In this document: positions 40,833 through 51,866 of the stretch, piece after piece
Layout of the letters: every line of letters starts with the position of its first letter
How positions within the stretch are numbered: position 1 is the first letter of the stretch
From: Neophaeotheca triangularis
Lineage: Eukaryota
Length of the DNA: 64,000 bases
Direction: 5' to 3'
NCBI GenBank assembly: GCA_054600435.1
Contig: BAAIJX010000045.1
Coordinates: forward strand, 1 to 64,000
Made by a program: the position numbers and the translations under genes
Notes under the pieces: generated by a model
Told to the model about the DNA's origin: nothing
Database searches by the model: none
What the model saw: only the letters and a program-made list of their open reading frames with translations

Positions 40833-41717
40833 CTAGTATCCTTCGAGCTTGAGTATGCCCTCATCCCACAGACTTGGATCGCCGGCAATGGCCATAGCCA
40901 GACATTCACCCTGGAGTCCAGCCGCTAATCGCATCGTCTCTACCCTCCTGACGTGCTTGCTGAGCTTCGCCTTGGACGCTGCCGCCAACGCCCTTGATAC
41001 ATTGACCGTCAGTCCTTTCAAAGGGTGGAATTGGAAATCGACCAGGACCGTGTCGTCACATTCTTCACCTATGCACCAGCAACCGGGCCAACACGGGCTT
41101 TGAGGGCCACTGGCTCCAAACTTGACGCTGAACCGTCGCACATAGCGGATATGGTGAGTGCCAATGAAAGCAACAAAGTCTCGAATAACCTCGACAACGG
41201 CTTCGCCACACCACGCATCGGTGATACCTGGACAGAGGTGTTGGTAATATAGCGGCAAAAGCTCCCTACGGATTTGCGATGAGGCCTGCACGAGCGGTGT
41301 GGAGCTGACTTCTCGCAACCCGCCCTTCACATCAAAATTTATCTCTGGCCGTGTGTTGCGTAAAACCTCGGAGAAGATTCGAAGCCTAACTTCAGGAGGA
41401 AGATCCATCAGTGGGAAAGGTTGGGCGTTTTTGGCGAGCCATTCCATGAGCGATTTCCGGCGCTTTCTCGCTTCGTTTGGCATCCGGGCGAGGAGGCTTG
41501 GGGCTATCTTTGCCTTGAGAATGCCGAGATCGAGCAGGTTCGAGTCGACGGATGGAGATGATGAAAACATTGAGATCCGCCGAGGCTCGCCAATATCGCA
41601 AAAGGTGCTGGACTTGCTCAGGGCTTTGAAAAGGTGGTTTAAGCTTTCTTTCATTTCTTCGAAATTTCCCTCATAGAGCAGTCCGCATTTGGTCAAGGTT
41701 CCGAGTTGTTCACTCAT
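40833..41717 (-). CDS. Hypothetical ~294-aa protein: Gag-like N-terminus plus F-box-like motif (paralog 2)
   Basis: ATG 41717 MSEQLGTLTKCGLLYEGNFEE matches paralog 1 MSSEIGLLSQSGLLHEGSDFEE. F-box-like PFPLMDLPPEVRLRIFSEVL and shared C-terminus (GLQGECLAMAIAGDPSLWD vs DLRGEAIILALMNAVDPKLWE). Confidence 0.8.
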   Translation of the reverse strand: MSEQLGTLTKCGLLYEGNFEEMKESLNHLFKALSKSSTFCDIGEPRRISMFSSSPSVDSNLLDLGILKAKIAPSLLARMPNEARKRRKSLMEWLAKNAQPFPLMDLPPEVRLRIFSEVLRNTRPEINFDVKGGLREVSSTPLVQASSQIRRELLPLYYQHLCPGITDAWCGEAVVEVIRDFVAFIGTHHIRYVRRFSVKFGASGPQSPCWPGCWCIGEECDDTVLVDFQFHPLKGLTVNVSRALAAASKAKLSKHVRRVETMRLAAGLQGECLAMAIAGDPSLWDEGILKLEGY

Positions 41718-42720
41718 CGTGAATATCTCAGTCGCGCTTGCAGTGGAAGGGTAAGTGAAGAAGAAGGGTCGGAGGACAGGATCTATCGGTCGTGGCCGAA
41801 CGCACTCAAGAGGAGTCTGGGTTTCGTTTTGCCTGTGGCTGTCGAGATTCCGAGATTCCAAAGGTCTTGATTCGATCCCAGCCTTGCCGGGTTCCCGGTG
41901 CCGGTCCGTCTTGACTTAGCCGAAGTAACCAGACTGCAGCGTCGTGCTAGGGTGAAGTGAAGTCAGAATTGGAGATGCTGCTCTCCCGAGTCCTGGCTCG
42001 ATGGTATCGGACCGGTTTTCCGTATCAGCGGTTTTGTCGAGAGATTTGCAGGAAGCAGTATCGGTACTGCATCGAGGCCGAACTATCTCGTGGCAGACCT
42101 CCCACGGGAGGTGTCGCTGATCCGCTTGAATGGCACTACGGGTGGCCAAGGGATTGTGACTTTGTGTTGTGTTGAGGAGAGGTGAGTTTCGGAAGCAGCG
42201 CTTGGAGTGCAGCAGCTGTAAAGATGGCGGGTCTAGACAGCTACGTTGAGTCCCACTAAAGAGCTGTTTCAGTGGTATATGCCGGAAAGAGGCGGTTACT
42301 GGGGGACAGAGGCACTGAACTGGGGCTGAGAAAAGCAAAACGGGAGCTGCTTTAGTTTCACAGCAAGTGAAACTCCGCTGTCGATGAAGATTGAAGTTGG
42401 AAGGAGGCTTGCAGGGAGGTAAAGCACATTGTTCATTAGCAAAAAATGACTACAACATGGTTACCACTGCTGAAGACTAAAGCGACTCATTGGTCCGACT
42501 ACAAGTTAACTAGCTCGTACACCATACACTCGCTAAGACCCTGCTGTAGTTTACAATGTCCTTTGTCCATCGACACTCCGAAGGCAAAACGATACAATTT
42601 TGAACCGCCCATGACGCTTTCCACAACGGCACTCCTATACTTGTAGGCTCGATGCTTCCTCTATCGCGACGTATCCATCTCCCCTAGACCACGCTCAATC
42701 ATCCCGTGGCACTGTGTCTC

Positions 42721-43164
42721 TCAGTCACCCACTTCCTCCGAATCTGAATCGTCTACTAACTCCAAGGCCAACGTCTGCTTCCCCATGCGAAGCACCTCAA
42801 GCCTTATCTCTGGAGGGAGATCCTTCAGGCGGAAGGAGTGGCGGACTCCTCGAGGCAATGCATCGAAATCTCTGTCCCTGACATCTGGTATCCTAGAGCA
42901 TAGCTCATCGCGGGCCCCTCTTAGAATGATCTCAACGATACGTGGATCGATAGCCGGTGTCAGACCGTAGATAAACTTCGGCATCTTCTGCCATGGTAGA
43001 GTGGCTTTGATCCTCCGTCCTAAGCAGCTGGCTCAGCCTCGCTGCTGCCACCAAGCAACCTCAAGAAACTTCAATATCTGGATACAGGAGACGGAGGCTA
43101 CCCGGAGCACTCGTGGCCGTCCGAGCCCCTACACAAGCAGGTAGCTTCTCATCTTTGCATGCCA
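42721..43164 (-). pseudogene. Truncated/decayed third copy of the Gag-like-F-box family
   Basis: IVEIILRGARDELCSRIP...HSFRLKDLPPEIRLEVL followed by an early stop. Upstream, in another frame, GSLRLLYPD..*..ARLSQLL resembles the GLLYEG start, implying a stop plus a frameshift. Confidence 0.55.
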
Positions 43165-44565
43165 TTCCCAGCAGCCTCAAGAGAAAATGTGACCGAGCAG
43201 GAGCCCACGACAAATTATCTATTCAAGTCCAGAATGCCTTTACTATCTCAGAGACATGTCTCCGTGAACCGATGTGTCCCCCACTGAAAATCGCTAAAGA
43301 ATCGGCCAAGTACTCATTGAGATATCGTAACTCAAGAATGCTGAAGGAGATAATGCCCGTGGCTTGATGCATCCCAAAACTAGCGCAAGATTTCACCCAA
43401 TCGCAAGCCGGTAACCAGCGCACGGACATGCAAGTGAAGATCGACCTCTTCCAAGGTTGAGAAATTGCACCGCGCATGTGCTAATTCGAGACCCAAATAT
43501 GAGGTATGGGAATACTTTCATAGCACCCTGAGTCATCTAGGACAGTAGAAAGGGCAATGGCAGGCTATACAACCGCAAGGGGAGCACCGCCGCTTAACCG
43601 AAATAGTTGAGGTGGACAGTCAATATCCCGGAAGACGATTTCGACGATGAGTTTGATGTTCGGACGTTCATCAAAGGTATACAACTACCTACTTTTGTGG
43701 ACGAACACCAAGTAGTGGCAAGTGGACCGCACCTCAGGACAGGAGCTTCTAGAGGCCCGATGGATGGGGAGGCGCCGTACCTACTTCACATCATTACCGG
43801 CCACGTGAATGACTGTGAAACCTTCGTTGCCACACATTCTCCCTAGTTCAAATGACTGACCGCCTTGGAGGAGAACCCGTGGTTGGAAGGGTGCTGCTAG
43901 ATACCCGTATCCCATGAATCCCTGAGACCTTTATATCCTTACGACTTTATCAAGGTCAATCGGTCTTTATCAAGCGAGTACTCATTGCCTTCGGGGGTCT
44001 ATAAGCTGAGCAAGCCCAAGGCGCCATATTCGCTTTTGAGTCGATACAAGGCTTCGCTCGAAGATACGTTTTCTTGTCTGTGGTCAAGAGCGTCGCGGGG
44101 GCGAACCGGGCGATTCGTCTTTCCGGGTGCAAGTGGTCAAAGTGATAGCGGCCGGGTTTTGTAGGAGTTCGTAGAAACCATGGTTTTACAACTAATTAGG
44201 GCCAGCTGCAGGATGTAGATTTTGGCTACGCTGGCAGATTTTTTCTCAGCCGATCGGGATATGAATGATCGCATATTAGGATGATCTCACGTGTCAGTGC
44301 TTTGCTGGCGGTATCGTACGTAGCTGCAGACTGAAAAGGGTAGCAGAAAGAGACAGGCAATGGAGGATTCTTCCTGGAGCGCGGCAGATCCATGCCAACC
44401 AAATCGGCTGTTACTGGGAGACTCGTCGCACAGTGTCGTTTTGGCCACTGAAGGTGTTGTGAAGTAATGGAGGGTACGGTCATCTCCGATAGATACTCCA
44501 GAAAGACGCAGGTCACCAAATTCTACTTTTGTACGTCCTCGTTGCAGAATCTTGCAAAAAGTAAA

Positions 44566-44728
44566 CTCCCCGGCTCACGATTCGAACCCACGCCCTCTTC
44601 CCCCCTCGAGAAAACGGCAGGGAAAAAAAGAAGACACCACCCACCGTAGCCGTCGACTCCCCCCAACGTCTGAGAACCGACCGAGCTGTTGCCCGGCACT
44701 ACCCCTATCCCACTGCGGTCCCCAAGGA
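44566..44728 (-). pseudogene. Degenerate tRNA-like element with long insert
   Basis: Minus strand: 5' TCCTTGG pairs with 3' CCGGGGA; A-box-like GGACCGCAGTGG; B-box GGTTCGAATC; followed by TTTACTTTTT (Pol III terminator-like). The T-stem pairs poorly. Confidence 0.4.
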
Positions 44729-45242
44729 CCGAGTGTCTCAGTATACCCGTTGGAGAGATCTCGACAGACACCTGGGGATGCTTGCTTTTCACCCTCCCGA
44801 ATCGGGAAGGAAGTCGAAAGAAGCTACACCCTTACTGAGGAAGAAACGTAACCACTAGACTACATCTTTTTGAAGAGTCGGTTTTTTGGTTAAAGGGATG
44901 GGCGCGGGGAGGTACATAGTGTTTTGACCTTGGTGGCGAATGCTCGGTGGCTTCACTTCACTTCGCTTCACTCCTCCTCACCCAACTTCACACACTGCCG
45001 AGGTTCCTCTGAAGTGTACTGTGGTTTCCACCTAAGAGACAGAAACGACCCCGGTATTTGCACGGTTCTTTCGCACCTTGTATTGACATCCGCGTTCGTT
45101 CCAGCTATTGAATAGCACCGTACCTCACGATGAAGATGAGAAAGTGTCAAGTGACAAATAACGAGTTACAATGCCTACCTTCACCAACACCGACCTCAAG
45201 TAAAAGCTCTTCGCGACATTGATCCAGTCTTCCGCATGACCT

Positions 45243-45953
45243 CTACATCTTCCCCTGACCCGCGACCTCCACAACCTGCTCACATCCTGGATAAGGCGGT
45301 AAATCAAATCCATACTTATCCGCAACCTCCCGACTGACAAACCTGCCACCCACAAAATGCCTGCCAGAGAACCACCGGACCAACGGCTTCGGCGCTGTCA
45401 ACGAAACGAGCGCATCCGGGTGATACCCCTTACCGGGCCCTTCCCCAGGCGGCCCAGTTTCGATGTTCCAACTACTCGGCGCATCCACAGCCAAAACGGG
45501 CACTTTCGAATCCCGCAAAGCCTCAATAACCGCGGGAAAAGGCTCCCTCACCTCCCCGGAGAATGAGAAACCAAAGACTGCATCGATAAGGAAGTCGCTC
45601 TCCCTTGCTCTCGCGGGAAAATCTTCCGTCACGAAAGGTACGCGGAGCTGCTCGAGCTGCGTCCTTAAGCGGCCGTAGAGTTCATTCTTCGACTGCTTCG
45701 GATAGTAGACGGAGGGTTTGTAGCCGAAGTGGTGTAAATGTCGCGCTGCTACGAGTCCGTCGCCGCCGTTGTTGCCTGGCCCGCAGGCTATGAGGATTTT
45801 AGGCGTCGAGGTGGGTGGCGAGAGTTTGTACATTGCTTGTGAGACTGCAAGACCCGCTAGCTCCATGAGTTGGTCGATGCTGAAGGCGCCGCTGGACATC
45901 AGTTCTTCGTCTAGAGCAGCTGCGGCTTTGGGGCCAAGGGTGCGGAGGGCCAT
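45243..45953 (-). CDS. NNR1: NAD(P)H-hydrate epimerase (YjeF_N)
   Basis: FSIDQLMELAGLAV, CGPGNNGGDGLVAARHL, DAVFGFSF, VDAPSSW, LVSLTAPK, HFVGGRF. An upstream in-frame ATG lies at 46133. Confidence 0.94.
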   Translation of the reverse strand: MALRTLGPKAAAALDEELMSSGAFSIDQLMELAGLAVSQAMYKLSPPTSTPKILIACGPGNNGGDGLVAARHLHHFGYKPSVYYPKQSKNELYGRLRTQLEQLRVPFVTEDFPARARESDFLIDAVFGFSFSGEVREPFPAVIEALRDSKVPVLAVDAPSSWNIETGPPGEGPGKGYHPDALVSLTAPKPLVRWFSGRHFVGGRFVSREVADKYGFDLPPYPGCEQVVEVAGQGKM

Positions 45954-46280
45954 TGTTGTGGTGGTGGAGTTGAGGCCTGGCTTTACTCTTTTCACTGGAA
46001 ACTCGTTCGATTTCGCGCGTTTGAAGACGGTGAGCCTTAAGTGAAATGTCCTTTCTAGATCTAGTAGAGTTCTCAGTACATTCAAAGTCACTGAGGTTCC
46101 AAGATTCCATTGGCGGTATGTCGCTGCCAACATGACGTGAAGTCGACCAGGGTTAGGGTAGAACTCACTTCCAGCGGGACGTCTCCGCCTTGCGAAGCCC
46201 AGGAGAAAGCTCGCTCGCTCGTCTTGTCGACTTTAAACCGACACCATTGCGCCTCGACCCGCCAGTCCAGAATCACCAGC

Positions 46281-47245
46281 ATGCATCTCACATGCAAAGC
46301 AGCCTTGAGCGGCCTCGTGTCCTCGACAGTGCCCCGCACCACCTCAACGCTTCCCGCCGCCTTCCTCCTCCCGGCGTTCAACAATCTCAACCTCAGTCAG
46401 CAGCAGACCTCCAACTTCTCCACCACCCAAAACCTCTGCGCGCGCAAACGCCGTCGCCGCGACAACAACCCAAATCGTGGTGTCAGCGCCCTCCACCGCA
46501 CCGGTCTCAAAGCACGCGCCTTTGACTTTCTAGGCTCGCGCCACAACGCCAAACGCGCTTCCCCTACCCTTCCGCAACCCGTCCTAGACCCCCAGAAGCG
46601 CTCCGATGTCCTCGTCCCGGAAAACCATGGCCTGTGGGGATTTTTCAACGAAGATCGAGCGGCGCTTACCACGCCCGAGGGCGATAGCAACCATGGCCGC
46701 GGCTGGAGAGTGCAGGAGTTGAGGAGCAAGAGCTGGGAGGACCTGCATGCGTTGTGGTGGATGTGCGTCAAGGAACGGAATCGCATTGCCACGTATGATG
46801 CCGAGAGGACGCGTTTGAAGGCTGGATATGGGCAGCATGAGAGTGAGATGAGGCTTGCTGAGGTGAGTTGAAGTGATACTTTCGTCGGCAGGATGAATTG
46901 AGTAGAGGATCTTGGCTGACAGTGACTGGAATATTAGGTCAAGAGGACGCAGAAATCTATCAAACAGACTTTAACCCAGCGGTGGTATGCTTGGGAGAAT
47001 GCTCGTGTTGCGGCTATGGAGGACGAGGAGATTGATCTGTATGCCGACCCCGAGAAGGGTGAACCTGCGTATTTGCCCAAGGACAGGACACAAGAGGTAT
47101 GTAATATTCTTCGGGGTGAATCTTGAATACGATGCTGACATTTTTCAAGGACAACGTGCCGCCACCGGCACCAAAGCGAGCAGAGACTGATGAGACGCTG
47201 CCCCCACCGGTCAACGAGCAGAATGCCCGGGAGGTCAGGGCGTAG
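46281..47245 (+). CDS. MRPL4: Mitochondrial large-subunit ribosomal protein uL29m (Mrpl4), 3 exons
   Basis: RGVSALHRTG, HGLWGFF, HGRGWRVQELRSKSWEDLHALWWMCVKERNRIAT, IKQTLTQRWYAWE. Introns at ~46863-46938 and ~47097-47149. Confidence 0.92.
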
Positions 47246-47730
47246 TACTTTGTGCATTTTAGGAGAGTCGACTTGTGATGGAATGTTTTGGCGCACTGTC
47301 AGTAGAGATCGGTAGATGGACCACTGTAGATCATCGTTGTACAACAACTGAAGAAAACTGGCTCGTCTTGCAATTGTATTCTATTTGCAAACCGAGTGGA
47401 ATTGCTCAAACGAGCCGTGGCCAGCTCACCAACACCATCATGTCTCCTACTTCCCTTCCCTATTAAAATCTCTGATGTCGTTTCAAACTGTAGCGATGTT
47501 AGAGTTGGTCGAAGCTCGTTGGAGTTGAACCCTTTGCCTCACTCCACTTCTTCCAGGTGACCTCGAATCGACCCCACGTCCACAGGCTCTCCCTATGTCA
47601 CTAGTCACAGCTCAGGTACTTTAAGGTTAGCTTGCAGATACAGACCGCCAGGAAACATTCCACTTCCTCCTCCCTTCCCAAAACACATCCTCAACTACTC
47701 TTCATCACTGCAATCAACACCACCACCACC

Positions 47731-49269
47731 ATGGAAGATATCGCCCCTTCGTACGATGTCGTCGTCCTTGGCACCGGCCTGACCGAATGTGTTCTCTCCG
47801 GGGTCATGTCCGTTAAGGGCAAGAAGGTGCTCCACATCGACCGCAACGACCATTACGGCGGCGAGTCTGCTTCGGTGAACCTCGAGACCCTCTTCCGCAA
47901 ATATGGCAATTTCCAGGAGGGCACCGAGCCCTGGAAGAAGTACGGCCGGGCCAACGACTGGAACATCGATCTCGTCCCCAAGCTGCTCATGAGCAATGGC
48001 GAGTTGACCAACATTCTCGTCAGCACTGATGTCACGAGGTACTTGGAGTTTAAGCAGATTGCCGGGAGCTATGTTCAGCAGGGGCAGGGAAGCAAGGCTA
48101 CTGTCGCCAAGGTGCCGAGTGATGCTGGTGAGGCGCTGAGGAGTCCGTTGATGGGCCCGTTTGAGAAGAGGAGGGCGAAGAACTTCTTGCAGTGGGTGGG
48201 CAACTTTGACGAGAGCAACCCTAGCACGCATAATGGTAGGTCGATATAGTGCTCCAGCATGTTAGGGGGTTCAACAGGGCCACGCTGACATGCGACTCCT
48301 TGCCAGGCATGAACCTCTCCCAATGCACCATGAAGCAAGTCTACGACAAATACGGCCTTGAGGCTACCACCCGTGACTTTCTCGGCCACAGCATGGCCCT
48401 CTACACGACTGACGACTACATCAACGAAAAGGGTGCGGCCAAGGACTGCATCGAGCGCATCCGCCTCTACGTCAACAGCATGGCCCGTTACGGCAAATCG
48501 CCTTACATCTACCCTCTTTACGGCCTGGGTGAGCTGCCCCAAGGTTTTGCTCGTCTGAGCGCCATCTACGGTGGTACCTACATGCTCAACACCAACGTCG
48601 ACGAGATTACCTACGATGAGAAGGGCAAGGCGACAGGGATAAAGGCAACGATGAAGGAGCGCGGGGAAGAAGGCGACGGCATGAAATTCGAGACAAAGTG
48701 CAGCAAGATCTTCGCCGACCCGTCGTACTTCCCCGGTAAAGTACAGAGCGTGGGGCACTTGATCAAGGCGATCTGTATCCTTAATCACCCGATCGACAAG
48801 ACCGACAACTCCGACTCCCTGCAACTCATCATCCCGCAATCCCAAGTCGGGCGTAAACACGGTAAGTCATCTTCCGAAGACCACCCATGTCTTCTCAACT
48901 AACCCCTCCCCTCCCACAGACATCTACATCGCCTCCATCTCCTCCGCCCACAACGTGTGCCCCAAAGGCTACTACATTGCCATCGTCAGTACCATCGCCG
49001 AAACTTCCGCAAACCACCACCTGGAACTGCAACCGGGTCTTGACCGGTTGGGCAAAATCGAAGAGAAATTCATGGGCCCGCCGATCCCCATCTACGAACC
49101 TTTGGAAAGTGGCGTCAACGATAACATCTTCATTTCCAAATCTTACGACGCGAGCAGCCATTTCGAGACTACGACGGATGATGTGAGGGATTTGTACCGC
49201 AGGGCCGAGGCGGAGGAGTTGAAGGTTGAGGGCCTTAGGGAGGGGCAGAATTTGGTTGCTGAGGATTGA
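47731..49269 (+). CDS. GDI1: Rab GDP-dissociation inhibitor, 3 exons
   Basis: YDVVVLGTGLTECVLSG, HIDRNDHYGGE, NIDLVPKLLM, SPYIYPLYGLGELPQGFARLSAIYGGTYML, SYDASSHFETT. Introns at ~48236-48307 and ~48862-48919. Confidence 0.97.
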
Positions 49270-49784
49270 GGGAGGTAGTCGGGTCAAGGACGGCATGGAG
49301 AGGTTTTTCAAAGCAATGGAGGACCGGTCATGCTGTGCCATGGGTTTTAGTGGCTGCGTTGTGGCGTTTGTGGTAAGAAGCTCATATCCCCAGCAAGGAA
49401 GAAACACGAATTGCACGCGCCTTGATCGTTCACGGCTTGAAGACATTATTCGTGATCGTAAATGAGGTGCTAGAAGCGGCCAGCAATGGTTTTCCTTCTT
49501 CCTGTCAGCTTAATGCAAGCATGTGCCAGGATGTTGTGGTCTCTTAATCGCCTATTACCCGAACAGAACTTTCACAGACCAACAAGGGATGTAACAGTTC
49601 TTCCATGGACCGCTTACGTGGAAATACACCGAGCAGCGCGGAGACGCAAAGTGCCATGTGTCTGCGAAAGCGTCCGCACCATCGGGTCCTGGAAACAACA
49701 CATTGTAACACCTTCCGACCCAAAACCAATCGAGCGCTGTCCCTCCCAGTCTACAAACCGTCTACTCGAACCCAGGCTGCAAAT

Positions 49785-51406
49785 ATGAGCGAGACCAACC
49801 CACACGGGGGTCAGGCCGAGCGCTTGAGAGAGATCGCCTCCGCCTCTCTGCAACAAGTCAACGACAACGACGCACAGCTCGCTGCGAATCGGCACCGTGC
49901 CGACTATCTGGCCGACATTCGCAACGACCCCTACCTCAACCACGAACGCCGACTAGAGCAAGAACGTCAATATATGTTGCAGAAGATCGAGAATCATAAG
50001 CGCCGTGCGGTAGTTAAGTCGGGTGGACAGGTCGTGGACGGAAGTGACCTGGTAGTCTACCATTACGCTTCTTCTACACGTTTTGACAGAAGTTGTTTGG
50101 CTGACTTGAACCGAAGATCACTGTCGACCGCAACCTGCAACCTGCAGTCAGAGCCTTCCAAGAACCGCCACTTGGATTCGATCTTGGCGACCCAGTTCCC
50201 TTCAACGGCGGTGGTCGCAGAGCTGTCGCAACCCCTGTGGCACCAGCTCCAGAGCCAATCTTGCGTAGTTCTGTGTCCTTGAAGTACCAGGGACAGGGTG
50301 TTTTCAGAGGCTCCGTGGCACCAACCACTGCGCCGAAAGCCAGTGGTGCTGCTCCCTTTGCTAGCCTTGGGAGGGACAACTTCAAGCCCTCCCTAGCATC
50401 AGCTATGGGATCGGCGTATAGTGTTCCTGTATTCAGCAATCGGGGACGAGGAGCCGTCGGGGCCCCCCGTCGTGTACCTACGAAGCCCACCACGGGCGGT
50501 CCTGCTACCTCTAGAGACGTCGGACATGGAGAAGCCAGTCAGACCAACAAAGAACAGAAATCTGCAGGCACACCTACTTCAACAACCACCGACAGTGAGA
50601 GAACCATCCAACAGCAGGCAGAAGAGCAGATAGAGAACGCAACGTCCCCTACTTACGAACGCACCTTCAACACAGCCAAAGAGGCCGAAGCTTTCCTACA
50701 CGGCGACGGTTGCGAGCATATTGAGCTCAATATAGACTCCGACGACGTAGAATCATGCACACCCGACGTCTTCCACAACCTTGCCTCGGACATCTTTCAA
50801 AGCTTCTGGGCGCCCAACCCCACAACGACCCAGGACTCATCCAAAGGCGAGCAAGAAGCCTCGCAATGGATTCGCCACCTCCACCAGCACCCCAACCAAA
50901 CCACGCGAGCCAACGCAGTCGCCGTCACAATAGTCGCAGCCGCGCAAAGCCTCCACGAAAAGGGCATCCCCTCGCACGAAGTCTTCACAAGCCCTCATCA
51001 GCTCATCACCGAGCGCGGCTACCCCTTGGATCACAGCACGAAATTCACCACGCGCATCAGCAAAATCGCCCGCGTTCTCACAAATAGCAAACTCGCCGCC
51101 AAAGATGTCCTCGTCGATGACGCCTTTTCGGCGCGAGTCCGGGATTTGGTTTACGCCCCGGACGCTTACCTCGCGAGAAAGGTGACGAATGCCAAGGGCA
51201 ACGCTAGAAGGGCTGGAAACAAGAAGCGCTCGCGATCTCAGACGGAACAGGTGGCAGGCGGTCCTGTTGCGAACCATAAGCCGCTGTCTGCTGTCGCTGT
51301 TGATGATGATGACGCGGAGGCTGCGTTGAGGCGGGAGGCGGAGGATTATTTGCGTGGCGAACAATCGCAGACTTTCGAGGGGATTGTGGACTTGACCTCG
51401 CCTTGA
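49785..51406 (+). CDS. Hypothetical protein, 2 exons
   Basis: ATG 49785. Intron 50052-50116 (GTAGTC..CTGAC..AAG) joins to the 50237-51406 frame. C-terminus has LVYAPDAYLARKVTNAKGN and a basic NLS-like RRAGNKKRSR. Confidence 0.7.
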
Positions 51407-51866
51407 AGATGACTGAGGCGACAGGATAGATGGGCGGTAAGAGAGATGAATCCTGGCGCTTGGGGGTTTCTTTACTTTTCTTCTCGGCGTTTGAGGCGAC
51501 TCACTGGTGACGACTACGAACTGGCGCTGCCGTCTCTGGAGCACAATGCACATCCAGTATCTGTTCAGTCTCTTTCCACAGACATGCGTAATACAGCCAT
51601 GAATGCTCGACCACTTGAAGGCTTTGCGCTTGCTGTGTGAAGAGAACTCGAGCATGTTCATGTTCAAAGGTCAAGTTTCCAGATTTTTCGAGGGGGATGC
51701 ATGTCCCATGTCGTTCGTTACTCATTGCTTACAGCGCTGACCGGGCGGACAAATGGGTGAGCCTTGTGCACTTCGTAGTTAGGCGCACTTCGTAAATAGC
51801 GAAAGCTAAGTCCGTAGTCCTGAAAACTACCGCATAGAAAAGTAGCTGAGCACCGGCAGGAGGAAA

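Noticed and set aside
38100..45100. Intact LTR retrotransposon or DNA transposon in the accessory island
   Set aside because: No LTR pair, terminal inverted repeats, or RT/integrase/transposase motifs were detected.
45243..45255. C-terminal GKM of the epimerase as a PTS1, and TGA-CTA readthrough signals at enzyme stops
   Set aside because: GKM is non-canonical, and no TGACTA context was seen at the stops checked (PGI1, AAT, GDI1, URA9).
51541..51660. Plus-strand hairpin (ATGCTCGA/TCGAGCAT with an upper G-U stem) and an 11-nt match to U2 (AGTATCTGTTC) as a U2-guiding sno/scaRNA
   Set aside because: No properly placed H (ANANNA), ACA or C/D boxes were found. The match may be chance, and the region is plausibly 3' UTR.
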